Of a stretch of DNA of 64,000 nt, positions 17,285-24,985 are shown piece after piece. The stretch spans positions 5,907-69,906 of the forward strand of contig JACPCD010000007.1 in assembly GCA_016179955.1 (NCBI GenBank). Direction: 5' to 3'. Under the pieces are notes generated by a model that was given only the letters and a program-made list of their open reading frames with translations, was not told the origin of the DNA and did no database searches. The stretch's first letter is position 1. Each line of letters opens with the position of its first letter. The DNA is from Candidatus Woesearchaeota archaeon (GTDB lineage: Archaea; Nanobdellota; Nanobdellia; Woesearchaeales; GW2011-AR9). A program made the translations under genes and the position numbers.

Positions 17285-18757
17285 ATGAAAACATTTCAAA
17301 ATTTGGAAACAGAAAAAAGCTTTTTTAGAGAAAAATGTTGTATTAGCTACGGTGACCAAAAAGTCTACTTTAATGAAATTATCCTGCCAAATCAGTTTAA
17401 GAAACTGTATTCCAAAGAGCGAATAATGCTCAGATTAAAGAAAGCGATTAACACCGCCAGCAGCCGGCCATCCTTTAACATCCCTTCTTCGTTGTGCCAA
17501 AAAAATGGGATAGAACCAGGTAAGATAGTAATTCTCCGGATAACTAACTCAAAGAAAACCTACGAAATAATAACCAAAGTTGGTGCTTGGAGGAGGATAA
17601 ATGTACCAAGAGAAGTAATCGATAGTCTTAATATTGTCCACGAGCAAAAAGTAATCATCGAGATTATTAAAGAAACAGACCACCGCAATTCAGAAAAGAA
17701 AGATTTAGTTTCATTGCTTGAACATAAAAAGAATATTAAAATGATTAATAGAGAAAACAATTATGTAACGATTTACTCCAGAAGAAAATTTCCCATAACT
17801 TTGCCAAAGAAAGTGTCATTAGAACCTGAACTCATAGAGTGTTTTTTCTTAATCCATGGAGACGGCCATTATAAAGAAAAATTATTCTTCACCAACAAAG
17901 ATATTGGGTTACATGAGTCAGTTATTGATCTATTGCAAAAGTACTTGGGCATCCCGACTTCTATATGGAAAATGAGAATAAATTTACATGAATCTTACAG
18001 AGAGAAAGAAGCTAAAAACTTCTGGTTAAATAATTTGAAATTTGATAAGCGACAATTTTATCCATCCATATCGAGAACAAAATTCAATACTTCTGCTCAA
18101 GGAAATTTGAGAATAGTAATAGATTATCCTATTGTTTCGGAGATTTTTAGAAACATCTTTATTTATATGCAACAAAATCTAAACCGAAAATCTAGCTTTT
18201 ATGCACTGAATGGCCTGTTCGCTGCGGAGGGCGGAGCACAAATAAGTGAAGTTGGACTGCATAGAATAACTTTAAGCTATAATTTTAAAGAGAAAGAAAT
18301 GTTCCAGAAAATATTAAAAAATTGTAATGTTCTTCACTTATTTAAAGATATTGAACAAGGAAATAATCACGGCATTTTTGTGTTGGAAGGCTGGGAAAAA
18401 TTATACCTTTTCTTTAAAGAGTTTGCCATTAAAAAAATTACACCATTTAACTTCCATAACGCTCGAAAACAAAGAGCCATTAATGGGATGATAGAACACT
18501 CTTTTACCAAAACGATGTGCAAATACTTAATGGCATTAAGTCAAAACAAAAAATACACTGTAAAAGAATTTTCAGAAAAACTCCAGATGAGAGAAGATTC
18601 ATGTTTATCTACATTAAGAAAAAAACAATATTCACCATTTATCAACATCAGTGGGCTAGGGATAAATAAGCAACCTTTTTCTATTTCAATAACCAAGCAA
18701 GGTCAAGAATTATTAACCATTATTTCAACTATGCGAGGTGAAAAGATGCATGAATAA
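17285..18757 (+). CDS. LAGLIDADG-type homing-endonuclease-like protein (two degenerate LAGLIDADG motifs) inside an AT-rich insertion
   Basis: 490 aa. Motifs FFLIHGDGHY and LNGLFAAEGGAQ lie about 100 aa apart. GC content is far below the flanking genes. The ORF overlaps the cbf5 start by 20 nt. Confidence 0.5.
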   Translation: MKTFQNLETEKSFFREKCCISYGDQKVYFNEIILPNQFKKLYSKERIMLRLKKAINTASSRPSFNIPSSLCQKNGIEPGKIVILRITNSKKTYEIITKVGAWRRINVPREVIDSLNIVHEQKVIIEIIKETDHRNSEKKDLVSLLEHKKNIKMINRENNYVTIYSRRKFPITLPKKVSLEPELIECFFLIHGDGHYKEKLFFTNKDIGLHESVIDLLQKYLGIPTSIWKMRINLHESYREKEAKNFWLNNLKFDKRQFYPSISRTKFNTSAQGNLRIVIDYPIVSEIFRNIFIYMQQNLNRKSSFYALNGLFAAEGGAQISEVGLHRITLSYNFKEKEMFQKILKNCNVLHLFKDIEQGNNHGIFVLEGWEKLYLFFKEFAIKKITPFNFHNARKQRAINGMIEHSFTKTMCKYLMALSQNKKYTVKEFSEKLQMREDSCLSTLRKKQYSPFINISGLGINKQPFSISITKQGQELLTIISTMRGEKMHE

Positions 18758-19597
18758 GCAAATATTTGTAAAGAGAAAAAGTATTGGAATCTTTGGAAAA
18801 AAGCCAGAAGAAAGGACTCCAGAAGAGCTTATCCATTATGGTATTATCAACATAGACAAGCTAAAAGGCCCAACCTCCCACCAGGTTTCTGACTATGTTC
18901 AAAGGATATTAGGCATTACCAAAGCTGGCCACTCCGGGACCTTAGAGCTATAATCAAGGAAATCCTCAAGTGACTGGTGTTCAGCCTATTGCCTTAGACA
19001 GAGCTACGCGTATCACCCAGTTTCTGTTAGCCGCGCCTAAAGAATATGTTGGTATTATGCATTTACATAAAGCGGTAGAGGAAGAAAAAATAAAAGAAGC
19101 AGTCCACTCTTTTTTAGGTAAAATAATGCAGCTTCCCCCGGTGAAAAGCGCCGTGAAGCGGGTGCAGCGGGAACGAGAGATCTACGAATTTAACCTGCTG
19201 GAAATAAAAGACAAAGACGTGTTGTTCCGGGTACGATGCCAGGCTGGCACGTATATCCGAAAATTAGTCCATGATTTGGGGCAGGCATTAGGAATCGGCG
19301 CGCACATGACCGAACTTCGGCGAACCCAAGCCGGGCCCGGTAGAAAAAGCATTGAAGTATATCCCCAAATGCTGGATTCTTGACTCCACCATTCCCAGCG
19401 TCTCGCATGGGCGAGACGTGGCGATTCCCGGCATCAGCAAATTAGAGAATTTCCGAAAAGGGGAAATTGTGGCGGTAATGACTCTGAAAGAGGAATTGGT
19501 GGCTATCGGTAAGAGTATGATGTCGGCAGTAGAAATTAACACTCAGCAGAAAGGGATTGCGATTGATGTGGAGAAAGTGTTTAACCATACTACTTAA
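18738..19597 (+). CDS. cbf5: tRNA/rRNA pseudouridine synthase Cbf5 (TruB catalytic domain plus PUA); the frame is interrupted twice
   Basis: Three consecutive ORFs (18738-18953, 18970-19383, 19352-19597) are collinear with archaeal Cbf5 (GPTSHQV, KAGHSGTL | DPQVTGVQPIAL, AGTYIRKL, ELRRTQAGP | KCWILDSTIPSVSHGRDVAIPGI, PUA domain). Confidence 0.8.
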
Positions 19598-19630
19598 AAG
19601 TGATAAAATAAACGAAAAGCTTATAAACTA

Positions 19631-20350
19631 GTGCCCTTTCAAAGCCGTACAGGAGGATTAAAAACTATGACCCAATTACAATTAGACGGACCAACTGTAC
19701 ATACAACGTATTACGGCAAAAACGTAGAACAAATGCCTAAACTTCTTGCCGAGGGCAAAGAACCAATGAGTGTGGCTCATTTAATGGAACAACGACTGGC
19801 AGTACGAGACCAAGGAGTAAGTCCAGTACAGCATGACGCATGGTGGGGTAATTATTTTGACAATGCTGATTTATGGCTGCGACATCCAGACAAAGGCGGA
19901 AAAGTAGTTCCCTACAGCGCCGCAGTGCTTACCTTTCTTCAAGAACATCTTAAACCCGAAACCAAGTTAGTGGATTATGGAGTTCCCTTACCCGATGGAT
20001 TATACGAAGCCATGGACGGATTAGAATTGAAAACAGCTGATATTGGACGATTGCATTCACGAGGATATACCCCTACAGAAGCCAAGAAATCAGTGGTATG
20101 GAGAGAGTTGGCGCGGACACAAAAACGCTTAGATAACTATGTTGATGCTGTTGTTGTGGAAACGGGCAGAGAGCGAGACTTAATGAATACCTACTTTGGT
20201 GAAGCTTCAAAAGTTCCAACCGGGCGGCTTTGGTTTGTCAGCGGCAGGAACAACGATTCCCTTGCGGGTGGCAACTACAATCTTACCCTTGACTATGGTC
20301 GCCTGGTCGGGGTAGCGCCGGAGGCGCACGTCGCGCGCGCAAAAAAATAA
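19631..20350 (+). CDS. DGR target protein; the C-terminus carries the variable repeat
   Basis: 239 aa. The last ~32 codons (20220-20316) match the downstream template repeat, with every mismatch at a template adenine. Confidence 0.75.
   Translation: MPFQSRTGGLKTMTQLQLDGPTVHTTYYGKNVEQMPKLLAEGKEPMSVAHLMEQRLAVRDQGVSPVQHDAWWGNYFDNADLWLRHPDKGGKVVPYSAAVLTFLQEHLKPETKLVDYGVPLPDGLYEAMDGLELKTADIGRLHSRGYTPTEAKKSVVWRELARTQKRLDNYVDAVVVETGRERDLMNTYFGEASKVPTGRLWFVSGRNNDSLAGGNYNLTLDYGRLVGVAPEAHVARAKK
20220..20316 (+). repeat. DGR variable repeat (VR)
   Basis: About 97 nt aligned to TR 20542-20638. The 14 differences all fall at TR adenines (TR AAC/AAT codons versus VR AGC, GGC, CTT, GGT, TAC, TAT). Confidence 0.85.
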
Positions 20351-20541
20351 GAAGTCTACACCACCAATATCTTTTTATATCTCCTTCTTTTTTCTTCGTT
20401 GTCCCAGCATCAGCCATGAAGGCTGTACCATGAGCTGGACTACACGTCTTTCCACCACGGCAGCACGGCTGCTATAAAATACAGCCCCAACTTGATGCAT
20501 AGCACTGAAGGGGCAGTGATATAGTCCGTGGAAGGGCTACT

Positions 20542-20638
20542 CCGGGCGGCTTTGGTATGTCAACAACAGGAACAACGATTCCAATGCGAATGGCAACAAC
20601 AATCTTACCAATGACAATGGTCGCCTGGTCGGAATAGA
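20542..20638 (+). repeat. DGR template repeat (TR)
   Basis: Adenine-rich (many AAC/AAT codons). Non-coding on its own but in frame with and immediately upstream of the RT ORF. Confidence 0.85.
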
Positions 20639-20669
20639 CCTGCTCATTTTTGCTGGGATATTTTCCCCT

Positions 20670-22328
20670 ATGGAAATTTCAACCATTTCTCTTTTTGACC
20701 AGCTATGCCATTATGATAATTTATATCTGGCATATTGGAAAGCACGAAAAGGAAAGACACAGAGAAAATACGTTCTTGACTTTGAAGAAAAATTACAGGA
20801 AAATCTTCTGCGGTTGCAGCAAGAACTTCAGTCTCAAACATATCATCCGAAGCCTTTAGAAACATTCATTCTCCGCGATCCCAAGACCAGGAAAATCAGT
20901 AAGTCTGATTTTCGTGACCGTGTTGTCCATCATGCACTCTGCAATATCATTGAACCGTTGTTTGAAAAAGGCTTTATTTATGATTCCTATGCCAACCGAA
21001 GAGGAAAAGGAACATTGAAAGCAGTACAACGATTTGATGAATTTAAGAAAAATGTTTCTAAAAATAATACCACTATTTGTTTCGTGTTAAAAGCAGACAT
21101 TAAGCATTATTTTGAAACTGTTGATCATGATATTTTATTAAGTATACTGAGTCAGAGAATTCATGATGAGAAGGTATTATGGCTAACCAAGATAATTCTG
21201 TCCAACCATTCCACCACCGCCCCAGGCACAGGAATGCCTCTGGGCAATTTAACATCACAATTTTTTGCCAACATCTATCTTAATGAGTTGGATCAATTTG
21301 TAAAACATACTCTCAAAGCAAGGTATTACATTCGATACGTTGATGACTTTGTGATTCTTCACTCATCCAGCAATCTATTGAAAATGTATGAACAGAAGAT
21401 AGGTTTATTCTTGCGGGAAAAGTTAGCCTTAGAACTTCATCCGCACAAATCAAAAATTGTTAACCTAGAATCAGGCGTTCATTTCTTAGGATTCAGGATA
21501 TTCTATCATTACCGGCTCATTCGAAAGAAAAATATGCATAAGTCTCAACAAAAGTTTCGGCAGCTACAGCAAGAATATCAGGAAGGATTGCTTAATCGGG
21601 AGAAAGTTATCGAATATCTTGAAGGCTGGCTGGCGTTTGCATCACAGGCAAATACCTATAAATATCGAAGATGGTTAATACGGTGGTTTAACCAAGCTTT
21701 TCCATTGGAACAAAAGACACCCCTGGTGGTTTTACAAAAACATCAGAACCTGATGATAAAATCGGAAGAAAGCCAGATACAATTTACCGTTCAGAAAACA
21801 CTTCAATTATTCAGAAAATGTTGGTCTATTTCCCAAATCGCGAGGGCCAGAGACATTACAGAATCTACGGTGTGGGCCCATTTGGCAAATCTGGTCGAAC
21901 ATTATCAAATACCACTGGCTAAGGTAATTCCAAAAGAAAAAATTATTAAAATTCTTCCAAAAATTAGGAATGAAAAAGAAACGTTGAAAGAAATTAAACA
22001 GAAGATTAATGATGCTTCCATAACTTATGAGGAGATAAATTGCGGCCTCGCAAGTATAAAAGCAAAGAAGAAGAAAAGAGGTATTGTCCCCATTGTTTCA
22101 AACTTTCAGCGAACAAATTGTTATCGCAAATGTTATTTTAATCCTCATCAGCGAAAAACATGTGCAAAGAAATTTGAATTATTCTGTTCCCATAATTCGA
22201 CACTGAAAATGAACCCCCAAGAATTTGTGGATTTATTTCAGAATCATATGACCATTTGCGTTCTTCCGGTGAAAGAGAGAAAAAATTACGTTTCGTGGAG
22301 AGAGTTTAGGAAGAATACATGGAAGTAA
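20670..22328 (+). CDS. DGR reverse transcriptase with a C-terminal HTH and cysteine-rich extension
   Basis: 552 aa. RT motifs include YIRYVDDFVI (YxDD) and the DGR-diagnostic PLGNLTSQFFANIY (LGxxxSQ). The C-terminus has ISQIARARDITESTVWAHLANL (sigma-70 region 4/LuxR-like HTH) and five Cys. Confidence 0.9.
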   Translation: MEISTISLFDQLCHYDNLYLAYWKARKGKTQRKYVLDFEEKLQENLLRLQQELQSQTYHPKPLETFILRDPKTRKISKSDFRDRVVHHALCNIIEPLFEKGFIYDSYANRRGKGTLKAVQRFDEFKKNVSKNNTTICFVLKADIKHYFETVDHDILLSILSQRIHDEKVLWLTKIILSNHSTTAPGTGMPLGNLTSQFFANIYLNELDQFVKHTLKARYYIRYVDDFVILHSSSNLLKMYEQKIGLFLREKLALELHPHKSKIVNLESGVHFLGFRIFYHYRLIRKKNMHKSQQKFRQLQQEYQEGLLNREKVIEYLEGWLAFASQANTYKYRRWLIRWFNQAFPLEQKTPLVVLQKHQNLMIKSEESQIQFTVQKTLQLFRKCWSISQIARARDITESTVWAHLANLVEHYQIPLAKVIPKEKIIKILPKIRNEKETLKEIKQKINDASITYEEINCGLASIKAKKKKRGIVPIVSNFQRTNCYRKCYFNPHQRKTCAKKFELFCSHNSTLKMNPQEFVDLFQNHMTICVLPVKERKNYVSWREFRKNTWK

Positions 22329-22423
22329 GAGATTACGATCCTACTATTTTCGGCTGATCTTGAATCTTTGCGTGGTACAAAAGATCATCTTAGATAGCGA
22401 AGCCATACTAAAAACCCACGGGT

Positions 22424-23029
22424 TTATTTCAACTCAATAACCATCCCGTCCCATCCCGGATTAACTAATTTAGTCTTACCAATAGTATCAGTCTGGCCTG
22501 CCGTTTCATGCAGATGGCCGGCGATAACTAATTTTGGCTTCATTCTTTCAATGAATTTCCGATAATCCTTATTGCCCACGTGGCGCTGGTTCAGCAAATC
22601 CAATGTAGTAGCAAACGGCGGGCCATGCGTCACTAATACTGTTTTCCGTTCTTTATAACTTCCATACCACTGTCGGGCAATCTTGCGGAAGGTGGCATCT
22701 TCCTGGGCAAATCCGCCGCCGCCATAGCCTAAAAACATAAAATCGCCGATAGGAAGCGCGTTGCCATGCAGATTGTGGCAGTGGGGATATTTCTTGACGA
22801 TATCCATCTGCCCTTCCCGCTCTTCATGATTTCCGGGAATGACGTAGAATGGCTTGCCCAAGGCATTGAACTGCTCTAACACTAATCCCATCCCCCGGCC
22901 AAAGGTAGAGAAATCACCGGCGCAGAGGACAAAATCAATATCCGCTTCTCCGGCACGGCTCAGTAACTGTTTCCAGGTCTGCTGGTCTTCATGCACGTCC
23001 ACAAACGTAAGAAATTTCATAAACGACAA
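22424..23029 (-). CDS. Metallophosphoesterase (calcineurin-like)
   Basis: Carries DVHEDQ, GDFSTFG and PGNHEE motifs. Confidence 0.75.
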   Translation of the reverse strand: MSFMKFLTFVDVHEDQQTWKQLLSRAGEADIDFVLCAGDFSTFGRGMGLVLEQFNALGKPFYVIPGNHEEREGQMDIVKKYPHCHNLHGNALPIGDFMFLGYGGGGFAQEDATFRKIARQWYGSYKERKTVLVTHGPPFATTLDLLNQRHVGNKDYRKFIERMKPKLVIAGHLHETAGQTDTIGKTKLVNPGWDGMVIELK

Positions 23030-23034
23030 AACAT

Positions 23035-23775
23035 CTAGGCCATCTCAGGAAGCAGTAGGTTTTCTTCCGGCTCTGCGACGAGAGGAGGTACAGGAGGTGA
23101 AGGGGATACTGTCTTAGAATCGTCAACGGGCTCAAGTGCCGTGGCCTTGCGGTCGCTTGGTGAGTTTGCCCCGGCGCCGTCAACCATTTCTTCCTGCAAC
23201 TTCAGCACCCGGATGGCCGCTTCTTTAAGAGGATAAATCTTATGCAGGTTCTTCTTCAGAGGCGCCAGAACTTTATTTCCCGCCAGGTTAACCATAAAGC
23301 TGGTGAAGTCATTGCTTTCAATCTCCGCGCGCAAAAATTCTCCCAGGTCCTTGCGCAGGTGTGCGCTGACGGAGCGCTGCACTTTGTGCAGGGTGATGAT
23401 TAATGTTTTAACCACCACTTTTTTCCCGTCTTTGCTGGTAAACATAAAATAATCATCCAGGCGGTCAGTATTGCCGCGGACCAACCGTTTTACGGACGTG
23501 GCTGTCAAGCTATATCCTATGACGTCGGTGGGAAGAATATGTCCTTTTCCTGCCCCCATCCTGAACGTAAGATAAACATTCTGATCGCGGGAATTTCCGG
23601 TAAGCTCCCGCAGGTTGATGCTGACGGTCCTGCCCTGGGCAGTTTCGGGTGACACTAAATAAGATTCTCCCAATTCCCGTTTTCCGAATTCCGCCGGCGC
23701 CTGAATGGTATACCAATTCTTCTTCGTGGTCTTGATGCGGCTTACTTTCGTTGTCGTAGCTTCATTTTTAGACAT
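23035..23775 (-). CDS. rps3ae: 30S ribosomal protein S3Ae (S1e)
   Basis: KKNWYTIQAPAEFGKRELGESYLV...LTFRMG. Confidence 0.85.
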   Translation of the reverse strand: MSKNEATTTKVSRIKTTKKNWYTIQAPAEFGKRELGESYLVSPETAQGRTVSINLRELTGNSRDQNVYLTFRMGAGKGHILPTDVIGYSLTATSVKRLVRGNTDRLDDYFMFTSKDGKKVVVKTLIITLHKVQRSVSAHLRKDLGEFLRAEIESNDFTSFMVNLAGNKVLAPLKKNLHKIYPLKEAAIRVLKLQEEMVDGAGANSPSDRKATALEPVDDSKTVSPSPPVPPLVAEPEENLLLPEMA

Positions 23776-23836
23776 GGTACGGGCTTAATTAGGGGGGTTA
23801 TTTAAAAAGATTGTGTTGATTTGCGAGCAAAAAGCT

Positions 23837-24628
23837 TTACTGCAGAACATAATTTTCCGGCAAGGTAACATCTTTATTCTTGATACTGCTGACGACAATG
23901 TTGGTGAAGGTATCACGCTTCTCTAAAATCTGCTCATCGCCTTGGGCGGTAAATATTTCCTGCTGCAAGGGAAGGCCATAATAAGTATCTATGGAGAGCT
24001 GCTCGCGCTTTCCCTGCCAGTTCGAATATTCAATGATCATCACGCTACGCTGATCAAACAGACCGACGCGCAGTTTACGGGCATCCGAGCCGATGGCATC
24101 CAGCAGATGGAGCAAAACCGTGGGCCGTTCCCGGTCATAATCCAGGGAATACGCTTTATCCTCGCTGGAGCCGCAAAGTACCGTAGCAGAATTACATACT
24201 CCGACAGCCTTTTTCTTGGCAAAATCGAGGTGTACCTCATTATAAAAAGTGGCGGTATCTCTTCGTTGAGGACTGGCATAAACCTTCTTGGCCAGCCCCT
24301 CTTTGTAATACAAATCGAATTTTGTCGCCTCATCGTAATTACCATATTGGTTGCGGGTGCGGGAAGCAAAAGAATATTTATAATTTGTTTGGGCTTTGCC
24401 TTTGTCCACTAAAGCGGCGATATCCGCGCTGAGAGTTACCGGGGCGGGCTCTGTGGTTTCGCTGGGGATCACCACCACGGGGGGCGTACGTGCCGGCTCG
24501 GAGGGGAGTCCGGCTTCTTTGCGGGTAACGACTTCCTCGTCGGACGTAGAACAGGCTACGAGCAGCAATAATACGATGAACATCATGGACAGCAGCGCTT
24601 TTCTCATAATGAGACCAGAAGAGAGCAA
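23837..24628 (-). CDS. Secreted or lipoprotein-like protein, unknown function
   Basis: Signal peptide followed by Cys (LLLVACSTSDEEV). Confidence 0.35.
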   Translation of the reverse strand: MLSSGLIMRKALLSMMFIVLLLLVACSTSDEEVVTRKEAGLPSEPARTPPVVVIPSETTEPAPVTLSADIAALVDKGKAQTNYKYSFASRTRNQYGNYDEATKFDLYYKEGLAKKVYASPQRRDTATFYNEVHLDFAKKKAVGVCNSATVLCGSSEDKAYSLDYDRERPTVLLHLLDAIGSDARKLRVGLFDQRSVMIIEYSNWQGKREQLSIDTYYGLPLQQEIFTAQGDEQILEKRDTFTNIVVSSIKNKDVTLPENYVLQ

Positions 24629-24727
24629 TGCTATTTAAAATTTGCGGCTGGTTTTTGAACAACAGAACCGATTTTGTCACTGGCAAGCACAAAATATATA
24701 TAACCGGGTCGTTATGGGGATACCATC

Positions 24728-24982
24728 ATGGAAATAAAATTGTACACCACCCCCACCTGCACTTGGTGCAAACAGCTGAAGGAATGGCTGAAAAAGAAAA
24801 AAGTAAGCTATCAGGAGATTGACGTGGTGGAAAACGACCGCGAGCGGGAAGAGATGGTTGAAAAGTCCGGCCAGATGGCGGTGCCGGTGGTTGATATTGA
24901 CGGAACTATCATCGTCGGCTTTGATGAAAAAAAGTTAGAAGAAAAACTGGGGAAAGACGAAAAACCAGGGAAAAAGAAGTAA
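24728..24982 (+). CDS. Glutaredoxin/NrdH-like small redoxin
   Basis: 84 aa. CTWC active site in a thioredoxin-fold context (KLYTTPTCTWCKQLKEWL...VPVVDIDG). Confidence 0.65.
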   Translation: MEIKLYTTPTCTWCKQLKEWLKKKKVSYQEIDVVENDREREEMVEKSGQMAVPVVDIDGTIIVGFDEKKLEEKLGKDEKPGKKK

Positions 24983-24985
24983 AAT

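Noticed and set aside
18930-18985. Canonical hBHBh' fold for the 16-nt cbf5 insertion
   Set aside because: Hand-threading the two possible excision registers did not yield a 4-bp central helix flanked by 3-nt bulges. The intron hypothesis is kept only as a candidate pending relaxed BHL modelling or RNA-seq.
20351-20541. Avd (accessory variability determinant) gene between VR and TR
   Set aside because: The 190-bp gap has no ORF of Avd size on either strand. The system appears Avd-less.
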